Source of the DNA: the human T2T-CHM13v2.0 reference genome, Homo sapiens
Direction: 5' to 3' (one strand)
Assembly (NCBI RefSeq): GCF_009914755.1
Contig: NC_060932.1
Length of the DNA stretch: 64,000 nucleotides
Shown: one piece after another, positions 17,867-32,043 of the stretch
Position numbering within the stretch: the first letter of the stretch is position 1
Layout: the number at the start of each line of letters is the position of its first letter
Position numbers and translations under genes: made by a program
The notes under the pieces: model-generated
What the model was told of the DNA's origin: nothing
Databases searched by the model: none
The model's input: only the letters and a program-made list of their open reading frames with translations

Positions 17867-19633
17867 CAGATGCATTTTTAAAAACGTACCTGAACTTTAT
17901 CTAGGAGGTAATTATAAATTAGACTAATAATCTTCTACAGTTTCTTTCTTCTGTGATTAAAATCAATCAAATCAAAGATTCTCTTTCTCACACCTTCTGC
18001 TAACTCCTCAGAAACCTCATATCACAAGAAATGAAATGGAACAGGCCTTTCGTTTGATACATTTTAGAATAAGAAATCCTCTAAATTTAGAAGTCATTTG
18101 GCCCAGTCCTCCAAAAATGATGCACCTTATTGGGACGGGGCTAAATAGTTGCTCCAGTGTCTTCCATTCCTACAAACCTGCCATTCTCTGATCCATTATA
18201 CACATCTCCCCTGGGTTTATTCTCACAACCTTTGTTCTGAAATTCCATTTGAAGGCTTTTTCCATCCTAAAACCAGTGGGGGACAGGCGGGAATTGTAAA
18301 ACACTCAGAAGATAATAAATTGCCCTTTTTCCTGTGCTTTTTCTCAGAAACTGGGCGAATCTACAGAACAAAGAACGGCATGTGAATTCTGTGAAGAATG
18401 AAGTGGAGGAAGTAACTTTTACAAAACATACCCAGTGTTTGGGGTGTTTCAAAAGTGGATTTTCCTGAATATTAATCCCAGCCCTACCCTTGTTAGTTAT
18501 TTTAGGAGACAGTCTCAAGCACTAAAAAGTGGCTAATTCAATTTATGGGGTATAGTGGCCAAATAGCACATCCTCCAACGTTAAAAGACAGTGGATCATG
18601 AAAAGTGCTGTTTTGTCCTTTGAGAAAGAAATAATTGTTTGAGCGCAGAGTAAAATAAGGCTCCTTCATGTGGCGTATTGGGCCATAGCCTATAATTGGT
18701 TAGAACCTCCTATTTTAATTGGAATTCTGGATCTTTCGGACTGAGGCCTTCTCAAACTTTACTCTAAGTCTCCAAGAATACAGAAAATGCTTTTCCGCGG
18801 CACGAATCAGACTCATCTACACAGCAGTATGAATGATGTTTTAGAATGATTCCCTCTTGCTATTGGAATGTGGTCCAGACGTCAACCAGGAACATGTAAC
18901 TTGGAGAGGGACGAAGAAAGGGTCTGATAAACACAGAGGTTTTAAACAGTCCCTACCATTGGCCTGCATCATGACAAAGTTACAAATTCAAGGAGATATA
19001 AAATCTAGATCAATTAATTCTTAATAGGCTTTATCGTTTATTGCTTAATCCCTCTCTCCCCCTTCTTTTTTGTCTCAAGATTATATTATAATAATGTTCT
19101 CTGGGTAGGTGTTGAAAATGAGCCTGTAATCCTCAGCTGACACATAATTTGAATGGTGCAGAAAAAAAAAAAGAAACCGTAATTTTATTATTAGATTCTC
19201 CAAATGATTTTCATCAATTTAAAATCATTCAATATCTGACAGTTACTCTTCAGTTTTAGGCTTACCTTGGTCATGCTTCAGTTGTACTTCCAGTGCGTCT
19301 CTTTTGTTCCTGGCTTTGACATGAAAAGATAGGTTTGAGTTCAAATTTTGCATTGTGTGAGCTTCTACAGATTTTAGACAAGGACCGTTTTTACTAAGTA
19401 AAAGGGTGGAGAGGTTCCTGGGGTGGATTCCTAAGCAGTGCTTGTAAACCATCGCGTGCAATGAGCCAGATGGAGTACCATGAGGGTTGCTATTTGTTGT
19501 TTTTAACAACTAATCAAGAGTGAGTGAACAACTATTTATAAACTAGATCTCCTATTTTTCAGAATGCTCTTCTACGTATAAATATGAAATGATAAAGATG
19601 TCAAATATCTCAGAGGCTATAGCTGGGAACCCG

Positions 19634-19641
19634 ACTGTGAA
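19634..19641 (+). promoter_or_regulatory. miR-27 family 8mer site ACTGTGAA in 3'UTR
   Basis: Exact 8mer seed match; miR-27a/b are reported LPL regulators. Confidence 0.7.
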
Positions 19642-19872
19642 AGTATGTGATATCTGAACACATACTAGAAAGCTCTGCATGTGTGTTGTCCTTCAGCATA
19701 ATTCGGAAGGGAAAACAGTCGATCAAGGGATGTATTGGAACATGTCGGAGTAGAAATTGTTCCTGATGTGCCAGAACTTCGACCCTTTCTCTGAGAGAGA
19801 TGATCGTGCCTATAAATAGTAGGACCAATGTTGTGATTAACATCATCAGGCTTGGAATGAATTCTCTCTAAA

Positions 19873-19878
19873 AATAAA
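19873..19878 (+). terminator. LPL: Proximal polyadenylation signal AATAAA
   Basis: AATAAA followed by GU-rich ttgttgttgg; LPL is known to have two mRNA sizes differing by about 0.4 kb. Confidence 0.85.
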
Positions 19879-20017
19879 ATGATGTATGATTTGTTGTTGG
19901 CATCCCCTTTATTAATTCATTAAATTTCTGGATTTGGGTTGTGACCCAGGGTGCATTAACTTAAAAGATTCACTAAAGCAGCACATAGCACTGGGAACTC
20001 TGGCTCCGAAAAACTTT

Positions 20018-20025
20018 GTTATATA
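20018..20025 (+). promoter_or_regulatory. miR-410-3p 8mer site GTTATATA (site affected by rs13702; intact here)
   Basis: Complement of seed AUAUAAC plus A1; variant link is recalled knowledge. Confidence 0.7.
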
Positions 20026-20143
20026 TATCAAGGATGTTCTGGCTTTACATTTTATTTATTAGCTGTAAATACATGTGTGGATGTGTAAATGGAGCTTGTA
20101 CATATTGGAAAGGTCATTGTGGCTATCTGCATTTATAAATGTG

Positions 20144-20151
20144 TGGTGCTA
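20144..20151 (+). promoter_or_regulatory. miR-29 family 8mer site TGGTGCTA
   Basis: Exact 8mer seed match; miR-29a is a reported LPL regulator. Confidence 0.75.
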
Positions 20152-20268
20152 ACTGTATGTGTCTTTATCAGTGATGGTCTCACAGAGCCAACTCACTCTT
20201 ATGAAATGGGCTTTAACAAAACAAGAAAGAAACGTACTTAACTGTGTGAAGAAATGGAATCAGCTTTT

Positions 20269-20274
20269 AATAAA
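20269..20274 (+). terminator. LPL: Distal polyadenylation signal AATAAA
   Basis: AATAAA 396 nt after the proximal signal; U-rich downstream and several upstream UGUA. Confidence 0.9.
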
Positions 20275-20849
20275 ATTGACAACATTTTATTACCACACTA
20301 AGTCATTATTTTGTATCATTTTTAAAGTAAATTTATTCTTAGGTCAGATTCACTCAGCATATTTTGACTAAGTAACCACTGTACTTAGTAAACCGAAGAG
20401 CTTCTGAGAATTATAGTGTACCTTATAGATATTTTTAACATTTATATTTGTATAAAGCTAAAGAAAGCCTTACATATCCTTTAAACTGACTATAGAAGAA
20501 AATGATACAGAATTTTGCCTGCATAAAGTACACAGGACTATTCTTGCCTACAATATGCTTTTTCACAAGCAAAATGTTAGACTAATATAAGGCATCTTTG
20601 GCCATTTTATAGTGTACATCATCTCTATTTCTGAGGCCTCATTGTTAGCTGTAACGCAAGTAGCATTTGTGCAATAAAATGAACTATTTGGGATGGGAGG
20701 GTACATTTTTTAGAACTTTGCTTTGGGTTGCCTTGATAATTAATAGCATATAGTCCATTTATGCAGCTAAGTAGGGATTGCTTCTTAGTACAGTCAGGAA
20801 GAATTTAGCCCAGAAAACAATTATTTCAATGGCCACTGACCCAAACTTC

Positions 20850-21106
20850 CAGGCTGAAGAGCAATGGCGTGATCATGGCTCACTGCACCTCCACCTCCCA
20901 GGCTCAAGTGATTCTCCTGCCTCAGCCTCCCAAGTAGATGGTACTACAAGCACACGCCACTGCACCCAGCTAATTTTTGTATTTTTTGTAGAGATGGGGG
21001 TTTCACCATGTTGCCCAGGCTGGTCTTAAATTCCTGGCCTCAAGTGTCTGCCCCCCTTGGCCTCCCAAAGTGCTGGAATTACAGGCATGAGCCACCATGT
21101 CCAGCC
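20850..21106 (-). mobile_element. Old Alu (J-like) lacking a tail
   Basis: Reverse Alu body flanked by TGACCCAAACTT on both sides. Confidence 0.85.
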
Positions 21107-21239
21107 TTGACCCAAACTTTTATTGTCAGTTAGCTATTGGGGCTTCTGGAGTTTGGGTCTCCCCTGACAGGAGGGGGCTCCCCAGTTCACACTTGGCCAC
21201 TGCCCATCAATTCCTGTTGATATGATCAACAAGATAGAC

Positions 21240-21660
21240 AATTGCAAATGTTGCTGAGGATGTGGAGAAGTGTGAACCTGTGTAAGTGGCTGATGGGAAT
21301 GTAAAATGGCACAGCCACTATGGAGAACAATTTGGTAGTATTTCCAAAGTTAAGCATAGAGTTTAACCCATATGACCCAGCAATTCCACTCCTAGATATA
21401 TACCCAAGAGAAATGAAAACACAGATCCACAAAGATTTGCACACACAGGTTCATAGCAGCATTAATCAGATTAGTCCCAAAGTGGACAACCCAAATGTCC
21501 ATGAACTTGTGAAAGAGATAAGCAAAATGTGACAAATTCACATAATAAAATATTATTCAGAAGTAAAAAGAACAAGCAGCAGATATATGATACAACACGA
21601 TGAGCCTTGAAAACGTTTAGCCATATGAAAGAAACCAGATGCAAAATGGAACCATGGGCT
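21240..21660 (+). mobile_element. L1M 3' region fragment
   Basis: gaggatgtggagaa...ccatatgacccagcaattccactcctagatatatacccaagagaaatgaaaac. Confidence 0.8.
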
Positions 21661-21801
21661 TAGGGGAGGAGAACGGCACAATGGTGTAAAAGTTGCAGAG
21701 AGGAACAAAAAGGCTACCTGCCTCGCTCCCAGGCCAAGTAACACAGGAGGAAAGAAAATATCCACATATGCGAGGGCTAAAGGAAAGAGGTGTTCTCAAG
21801 C

Positions 21802-21920
21802 TGAAGCAGGAGGTGGGACTCAACTCTGGAGGTGGGCCTCACACACTGTACCAAATTGAGGACTAGCTAAAACAGGGATGGGGGTGAAAGCACCTTTTCG
21901 TAAGACATGCCCACCATTGT
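21802..21920 (+). mobile_element. ERV1 LTR 5' fragment (MER41/MER66 group)
   Basis: ggaggtgggactcaactctggaggtgg...ccaaattgaggactagctaaaacagggatgggg. Confidence 0.55.
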
Positions 21921-22109
21921 CCCGTTCTCCTCCCTTAAGCCCTTGTCTTGCTCATGTCAGCAAGCTTATTGCCATCTATTCTTCCTAGTTACAGACATCT
22001 GTGGAGCTCTGAGTTTTTTGCCTAATCATTATTTTAGAACCTGGTTCACTCTCTCTCCCTTCTACACTAGTTCTGTCATTATTATTACTGATTTCAGTAC
22101 CTCTGAGGT

Positions 22110-22846
22110 GATAGATTTTATTTTCCAATGGCAGCCACAACACTACCTCCCATTCTATATGTTCCCCTGCAATGTTGCCTTGACATCCCTATTAAGAGTT
22201 GGAATCTAGTCACCCCGCTTTTCTAGTCTCCCCACTCCTTTGAACTTGTGTGGGCCCTAAGATTGCTTCTACTAGTAGAATAGAACTAAAATGACCCTGG
22301 ACCAGTGTGGGGTGCAGCCCTTAACTGGCCTGGCAGCTTCTGCTTTTGGTTCCTTGGGGCACTCACTCTTGGGAAACTTCCCTTTGGAACTCAGCATTCA
22401 TGATGCGGGAAGTTGAAGCCACATGAAAAGAGCATATGGTGGTTCTCTCAGCTCCCAGCCAACAACCAGTCTCGACTGTCAGCCATGTGAGTGAGGCATC
22501 TTGGACCTCCGGCCAGTTGAGTGTTCAGAAGACTGCAGCTCGAGCTGGCATCTGGATGCAACCACATGAGAGACGCTCTGCCCAGCCAAGCCCAGCCAAC
22601 TCACAGTACTATGAGAGATACTAATAACTTGTTGTTGTTGTTGTTGTTGTTGTTTTTATTATTAAACTTTAAGTTTTAGCATACACGTGCACAACGTGCA
22701 GGTTAGTTACATATGTATACCTGGGCCATGTTGGTGTGCTGCACCCAGTAACTCGTCATTTAACATTAGGTATATCTCCAAATGCTATCCCTCCCCCCTC
22801 CCTAAGTTTTTAGGAGTTTGCTTTGCAACGATAGATAGTTGAAACA
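22110..22846 (+). mobile_element. MLT1 (MaLR, MLT1H-like) LTR with a young L1 tip inserted near its end
   Basis: cagccatgtgagtgaggcatcttgga...gcaaccacatgagagac...gcaacgatagatagttgaaaca. Confidence 0.7.
22629..22803 (-). mobile_element. L1PA (PA2-7-like) 3' tip with (GTT)n tail
   Basis: ctttaagttttag...gtgcacaacgtgcaggttagttacatatgtatac...atgctatccctcccccctcccc. Confidence 0.9.
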
Positions 22847-23796
22847 TCTGGATGATGCATCCAGTATTCTGGCTTCTCACTGCCTTTACCTCCTCTCTCC
22901 CATGGCCTTGTCTTCTAAATCTACCTTTACATAGAAACATTCAGTCACGTGCTATACTATATCATGCCATTACTAATAACTCATAAACTCAATTTCAACT
23001 TCTCCCTTCTTTGACTACCACATGCTATCTTTTTACTTTAATCAGTCTAGTGCTCTCAGTTCAACAGCTCCTCAACTGCCCCAGGACCTCCAATACATTG
23101 ATCTATTCATCCCTCATTTCCTTTCTTAGCCTCACTTTGATCCGTACTCAGCTTAGATTTCAAGGCCCAAGGTTATTATTACTCCAGTGCCAAAACTCTA
23201 AAGAGCTGTGCTTCTCTCACCCTCAACTGAGCTCTTCAGGGCAAAACATAAACCCTGAATATATCCAAATTGCCACTCAACTCCATAACTGCATCTGAGC
23301 AGCAGAATGTGATAGGTAACACACCCATGCACACACAGCCCTGCTGCCCCTCACTTTACCGCCTCACTCCATGGCTCCCTTACAGCTGCCCAGCAGTCCT
23401 CCTACATTTCCCTGGTCCAAACAGGCCTCACTCTCCAAGATGATGATTTAATCTCAGACCTCTAATAACTTCTCACCTCTCTCTACACTCACCTGATTGC
23501 CTTATTTACTGAGAATACAGGGGCAATCATAAAGCTCTATGTGCTTCACTCTTAAATCTATCCATCTCCCTGCTCCTGTGTCCATACACTCTGTTTTCCC
23601 TTCTGATATAAGAGACGTTTTCCCTCTTTCTACCTCTGACCAATTCTTGCATAAAAAGATCTTGAAGGAGAAGGAAGTCCTTTTCTCCTACTCAAAGACA
23701 TTGCTCTGGAGTTGTTCCTGTTCTCTCCTGCTCCTCAGTTTTCACCTCCTACTGGATCATTCTAACAGCAAACAAAAATGTATACTTCCCACTTAA

Positions 23797-24216
<420 letters not shown>

Positions 24217-24812
24217 TGATCAAGCCACTTTCAATCTACCAGACTTATTGTTTCTAAGCTTACTGATGAATACCATGGCAGTAAACCCAATGGTCGATTC
24301 TCCTTTGTCTTCTTACTTGACTTCCCTGTGTAATTTGAGCCAGGTTGCTTTTCCCTTGAAACGATTTTTCACTGGTCTCTTAGGACTCCACTGTTTGCTA
24401 CCCTCTTTCTCCCATTAGCTATTCCTTCTCACTCTTTGTTGATTCCTGCTCATCTTCCTAACCCTTAACGTGTTGAGTGCTCCAGTGCTGAATCTTCAGT
24501 GTCTCAACTTCATTTATATCTATTCACAAGGTGATACTCAGTTGGCTTTAAACACCACACAGCTGCTGATGAATCCAAAATTTACATCTCCATCTTGTAC
24601 CTCGCTTCTAAATTTCAGACTTTTTAATATATCCACTTGTCTATCAAATATCTCCACTTGGCTTTCTAATAGGTTTTGGGAACCTATCATGTTATAAAAC
24701 ATTGTTATCCACCAGTTTTCTCCTCCCAGTTAAAAGAATTTCTTCCTTCCAGTTGCTCAGGAGGAAATCTTGGAATCCATACTTGAGTTCTTTCTTCCGC
24801 AATACATAATCA

Positions 24813-25137
<325 letters not shown>

Positions 25138-27594
25138 TTCTATCAGCTTCACTTAAAAATATATCCAGAATCTGACTGCATTTTACCATTTTTAATGTTA
25201 TGCCATCAGGTTTCACTGGATTATTTCAATAGTCTCTCCTGGTTTCTCTGCTACTGCTCTTGCTTCTCATTAGTCTATTAATAATGAATCAGGTGAACTT
25301 TCTAGAGTAGATCGTAGCATCCCATTCCTCTACCCAGTACTTCAACTCTCTGTATTTTTCATCCTGCCTAACAACAAAAAAACTATAAATTATTGTTTGC
25401 ATATGCATGTGTGTGTTTGTACGCATACTGTTGTTATTCACCCTGTTTTACATTTAGCCCATTTCTAGCTAATTTTTGTATATGGTACTATCTGTGGTTA
25501 GAGGTGTTTTTTGTTTTTGTTGTGGTAGTTGTGGCAATAATTTCTTTTTTACATAGTCAAATTATTCCAGCAATTTGTTGAAAAAAATATCCTCTCTCCA
25601 TCGAATTACATTGGCAACTCTGTTCTCTGGTCCTCACAGATCAGTTCCTCATGATGACTGATTTTTCAGGAAATGTGGGCTTTGAACAGACTTCACTCAG
25701 AAAGCCTGTGCTAGAGTTCCAGCATAGGGACCTCATTCCTTTATCAGGGCTCAGATCCTTCATCCTCTTGTAACAGGCTCTGGACCTACAATGGAAATCT
25801 GCTGACATGAGATTAAGAGAAGGTATCTGGAATGAAGGCACTTCTCCGACTCCACCCATTCCGCTGACAGGGCTCCAACAACTCCAGGGTCTTTTAATCA
25901 AGAGATTGCTAAGTCAAAGACAATGCCTCCTCAGCCAAATGTGAAACACAAAGGTTTCATAATCAAAATGAAATTCCTTCTTAGCACACAACTGGAGAAA
26001 GCTCTAAAGGAGATAAGAATCAATAATAAGATTTATAAAATTTGGCAGCATAAGCTGAGGATGATGATATTTCCCTTAATCTTTATGTTTCCAGATGGCA
26101 CTGGTGTGGCAGCAGAAATCACATCATGGATGAGACGCTAAGAATTGGCACAAGATCTGCACCTTAGATCCAAAGACTATGTGATCCAGGCCCTCAAATA
26201 CATCTTTTCTAATCCTCATAATAATTCTATGAGGTTGGCACCATTGCCCCATTACAAATGGGGAGAGGTTATGTGCAAAGTCCAAGCTCACATCACCACA
26301 ATGGGATAGCCTGAGGATGCAATCCCAACACCATTTCCTGAGTCATGCTGTGCTAGGCCAAAATTTGGATTCCTAAAGTCCTTTAATGGTGATCAAATGG
26401 TCCAAGTTGCAAGTTAAGGAGAGTAGGTCGGTAAAGACAATAAATCACTGTACTCCCCAGACTTCTCCAACTAATCCCAGTTATTCTTCATGCATTTAAC
26501 ATAAAGCTCTTCGCCGGACAACCTGGCCTCTTACTCTTTCCCTAAACAAAGTTTTTTTCTGTAGTCTCTATATTTTTGCTCAAATGTCCCTCTCTGCCTA
26601 TAATGACCACCCTATTTTCTAAGTACCTTTAATGACTACTTTCACTCTTCTGAGCTCCCTTCTGAAATCTTTTTTTCTTCCATTGCTATGTTACCACTAC
26701 GATCTACCTGTCAGCACAAGTGTTGCATGTACTTGCTCCGATGTTGTGTTACTAAAAATAATTACTACCAGTTTTTCTGCATCAACTATGTGCCAGGCAC
26801 TGTGTGAAGTGCTTGGTTAACATTTGTTTCATTCTCACAATAGCCTCCTGAAATAGGTATTTTTATCTTCTCTTTATTGATGAATATAACGAGATGCAGG
26901 GAAATGAATTAATTTAGAAATCAAAGCTAGTAAGTGGGTGAGTTGGCTTTTAAACCAATGTGTGACTTCAAAGTTGGAGTTGTTGATTTTTCCCCCCTTT
27001 GAGTTTTAAGCCTGTTTGAACATATCTGGGGCACTTGGAGATGGTGCACCAGAAATACATTGGCAGAAAAAATTTTTCCCAAGAGAAAAGAGAAGCAAAA
27101 CACATAAAAGTGACTCAAGGATGGAGGCCCAAGACAGAGAGGAGAGGCAACTTTGACTTCCACCATGTGTCTGTTTCTATTGTCTGGCAGCCCAGCCTAT
27201 GGGAGTTGCCTGAGGTTTAGGGAGAAGCAACTATGATAATCTGTGAATTGCTAGATTTGGCATCCATGGTGTGGGGCATGGTGGTCCAACATTTTCCCAG
27301 CAAGCTTCTAATGTGCTGGGGTCTATGGTGGCTTTTGTGAGCTGCACTGACTTCAGTGCGGACTCCACAGGTCAGGGAACCTTGACACCCCCTGTGCTTC
27401 GGCAACTCGTTTGTGGTGGGTTGTGACAAGTGATATTAGTAACAGCCGGATGGAAAAAGGAAGGAAAATGTAAGGTCAATGCAAATTTTTATCAAGTACC
27501 TACGATGTGCGGGCAATTTTGCAAGGTGCTAGTGTCATGCAGCCTGTGGCATATTTGAGCAGACTTATGGGAGTATATAGAAAAGCTAGGAGTG

Positions 27595-27925
<331 letters not shown>

Positions 27926-29536
27926 TCATACACTTGTCTTTTTGTAATTCATCTGCCCAGAGTGGGCAAATTTTGGTAATTCATGCACAGGCACTATACT
28001 GTACATGCTAACCCTGACTTTACTCACTGCTCTGTTTCTCACCCAAGTTTGTTATGAATGATTTAAAGATGCTGAAGATACCTGGATATAAAGAAGGGGG
28101 ACGAAGAAGCTAGAAAAATGCTGTTGCAATATTATTTTGGCCCTACATTTCCCCCAGCATTCTGTTGCCCAGAAATTGATTTGCATCACTGTTTGTCTTG
28201 CCTTCTCAGTTCCTTTGGCAATAACGATTATATTATCCATCTACTTTTCTTTTAAAAATTCAAAGTATAAAAATAAGTGTATTTAATAATTTGTTGAACA
28301 AATGCATACATAAATGAATAAAGACTGTCATGAATAAGTACTTTTAAACTCCAACAAGCAGCATAAATGAATGAAACTTCTCATTTTTCTCTCCATGTCT
28401 CCACTTCTGTAGGTTTCTACAAGCAGAGGGTGTAATCAAAATTGACCAGTACACTCATTCTTCCTGGGAACAGAACATGTAGGATGCTCTAAAAATACCT
28501 TCTTTGATTCATTAAACTGAGTTTCTCAAGGATGTAACGAAAAGGAACACAATTTGTTCTAGAAAGAGATTTTCCTATATGTCCTAAGAAGGAGAAAACA
28601 ACCAGGAGACAAAAAGGAACTGAGATATTGACCAAAATAGATCATTAGGAAAGAGCGGGTGATTTTGAGTCAGGTTTTTTTAAAAAAAGCAACAGAAAAC
28701 AGAAGTTAGAAAGAAGGTAGGAAGATACTCATGTCTTGATATGCTATCATTTTAATAACTTAATATTGATTTTAAAGTAAAAACCAACCTTATTTTTCCA
28801 TTGTATGGGCCAAAATCATGTGAGTTTGTGTCACACATTGAGGGCAATGACAGTGCTAGTTAAATAAAGAGCTCGTTGATGTGCCTGAGTAACACTGTGA
28901 ACTCAGCATTTTGATAACGATGTAAGGGCTAGAAAATTAGGCTTTTAGATGTCCCCAGGTCAGAGGTGAGCCTGGGTTGTTAAATGAGGCCGTAAGATTC
29001 CTCTGCCGCCACATGTGATTTGACTAAGATGACAATGATAAGTGTCCCTTCAGAGGTATGGAGCCTTCTGAGACCAGGTCACTCATTATTTCAAGGTGAC
29101 CTCAAGTCCAAGGGCACATTTTAACTTCATGTACAACAAACAGCATCACGCTGCTCCTTGATGTTTACTGGTTCATTAAAGGGTAGGATGTAGGGTGTGA
29201 GGAAGTGAGGGTGGTACATTTTATTCACACCAGTAAAAGAAGAAATGCTCAAGTTATATTGTATAATTTCTATGAAAAAAAGTAACAGAAATCAGCACAC
29301 CATTTTTAGAAGGCTCACCACGTGTGAATATCTTTCCAAAAAGTGATTTGTCAAAATAATTGACGTAACTATAGTGTTTCTCACATTTTCTCCTAAGTCA
29401 CATGCCTAAAAGCTCAGCAGAAAAATTAATGGAAGAAAATGTAACCCATTTAAGATAAGCTGAAATATAAGCAAAGTCAAAAGATAACAAATTGATCCCC
29501 CCAAAATTGATATATAAAAAGTAAAAAGTAAGTTTT

Positions 29537-29826
29537 GGCTGAACGCGGTAGCTCACGCCTGTAATCCCAGCACTTTGGGAGGCCGAGGCGGGCAGATCAC
29601 CTGAAGTCGAGAGTTCGAGACCAGCCTGACCAATGTGAAGAAACCCCATCTCTACTAAAAATACAAAATTAGCTGGGCGTGGTGGTGAATGCCTGTAATC
29701 CTAGCTACTCGGGAGGCTGAGGGAAGAGAATCCCTTGAACCCAGGAGGCGGAGGTTGTGGTGAGTCAAGATCACGCCATTGCACTCCAGCCTACGCAACA
29801 GGAGCAAAAACTCTGTCTCAAAAAAT
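29537..29826 (+). mobile_element. Alu (Sp/Sq-like)
   Basis: Dimer; followed by (CA)n at 29859-29886. Confidence 0.95.
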
Positions 29827-29899
29827 AGTAATTGTGAGTTTCTAAAAATCAATAAAATCACACACACACACACACACACACACACAAAGGAAAAAAGAG

Positions 29900-32011
29900 C
29901 AAAAGATGGAACACAAATCTAAACATAAAGTGGTCCTTAAACATATGAAAGGTAGTCATTGTCATGCATAATAAGAGATAGAATTTAATAATACATGAAA
30001 ATGCCACTTTTTACCAATTTAGATTCAGAAAATCTCAAAGTTTAAAAATACACCTTGTTTGCAACTCTAAAGGAAAATAAGTCTTACATTGCAGATAGTA
30101 ATGTATATTGGTGCAATCCTTGTAGAAGACAATTGGTAATACCTTTCAAAATTATAAATACATATCCTTTTCTAATGGTTCTGCTCTTGGGAATTTACCT
30201 TGAAGATACACATCTGCAAAAGGATATTACCATAGTCTCAGTCATTACAATTTTGCTTGTAATAGCAAATTAGTGAACAACACATATATGTCAGTTATGA
30301 TTATTTTGCAACCATAAAAAATGAAGATAAAGATGGATTTGTCAAAATTTGATATTTATTCATGATAAAAAAAACTCTCAGAAAATTAGGAATAGAAGGA
30401 TATGTCCTCAACCTGATGAAGGCCATCCACAAAAAACCTACATATAAAACTATATTTAATGGTAAAAGATTAAATTATTTTCCTAAGATCAGGAAAAAAG
30501 CTAAGATAGTTGCCTTACCAGACCTATTCAATACTATACTGGAGGTTCCATTCGGTGCAACAAGACAAGATAAAAAAATAAAAGGCATCCATATTGGAAA
30601 GGAAGAGGTATAACTGTCTTTGTTTCCATACATGATCATCTATGTAAACAATCTGATGAAATAAATAAAAATGATCTACAAAGTTGCCCATGGGATGTAA
30701 TGAACAATTGATAGCCTTTTCAACAAATGGTGCTAGAATAACTGGATATCTCTATGTAAAAACAAACAAAAACAACAACAAAACCCAACCACCTCTATTT
30801 ATAGCTTGCACCATATATACAAAATTACTAGAGCTGAGCCTAAATATAAAACCTAAAACTATAAAACCTCTAAAAGAAAACAGAAGAAAATCTTTGTGAC
30901 ATTGGGTTAATCATAGCCTTCTTGAGATATCAAAGGCACAAACCATAAAAGAAAATACTGATAACAAAGACTTAATCAAAATTTAAAACATTTGCTCTTC
31001 CAAAGATAGTGTTAAGAAGATAAAAGGTCAAGTCAGACTGAGTAAAATATTTGCAAAAAAAAAAAAAAATCTGATCAAGGTCTTATATTCAAAACTATTA
31101 AAGAACCCTTAAAACTCAATATTAAACAACCCAATCCTTAAAAGATTTCAAAATTTAAACTAAAATTAAAATGGACAAGTAAGCATACAAATAGATTGCA
31201 AATAATAGAAAAACACATATCATGCAAACAAATACCACAAGAAAGCTGATGTATTATTCTAATATCAGACAAAATAGACTTTAAAGCAAAAGAAAATGTT
31301 ACTGGAGACAAAGAGAAACATTTTCTAATAAGATTGTCAATCTGCCACGAAAATATAATAATTATAAATTTATATGCAACTAATAACAAAGCACCAAATA
31401 CATGAAGCAAAAATGGACAGAAATGAAAACAATTCAACAATAATTGTAAGAGATCTCAATATCGCATTTTGAACAATGTATGGAAAAACTAGACAAGACA
31501 GCAACAAGGTAACAGAAGCCGTGAAGAATAAACCAAGTATATCTAACAGATATCTATAGTACACTTCACCCAGTAACAACACAATACACAATTTTCTCGA
31601 GTTCACATGGACCATTGTCCAGGGTAGGTCATATGCTAGACTATAAAATGCTTCATAAATTTAAAGGATAGAAATAATATAAAATATGTTCTCCAACCAC
31701 AATGGAATACAATTAAAAATCAATAGCAGCAAAAAATTAGGGAAACTCATAAATATGAAGAAATTAAACAGCATATTCCTAAATAACCAATGGATCAAAG
31801 AAGAAATCAAAAGGGAAATCAGAAAATAATTTGAGATGAATGAAAATGAAGACACAACATACTCAAATTTATGAGATGCAGCTAAAGCAATTCTTCAAGG
31901 AAAATTCCTAGTTGTAAATTCCTATATTAAGTAAGAAGAAAGATCTCAAATTAGTAACAATATTTTAGGTTAATAAAATAAAAAAAAAAAAAAGAAAAGC
32001 CACTGCCAAAG

Positions 32012-32043
<32 letters not shown>

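Larger units (their letters stand above)
18348..20297 (+). other. LPL: LPL exon 10: last base of the stop codon plus about 1.95 kb 3'UTR
   Basis: Polypyrimidine tract then ctcag|AAACTGGGCG; A18348 completes TGA; two AATAAA signals; end coordinate approximate. Confidence 0.95.
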
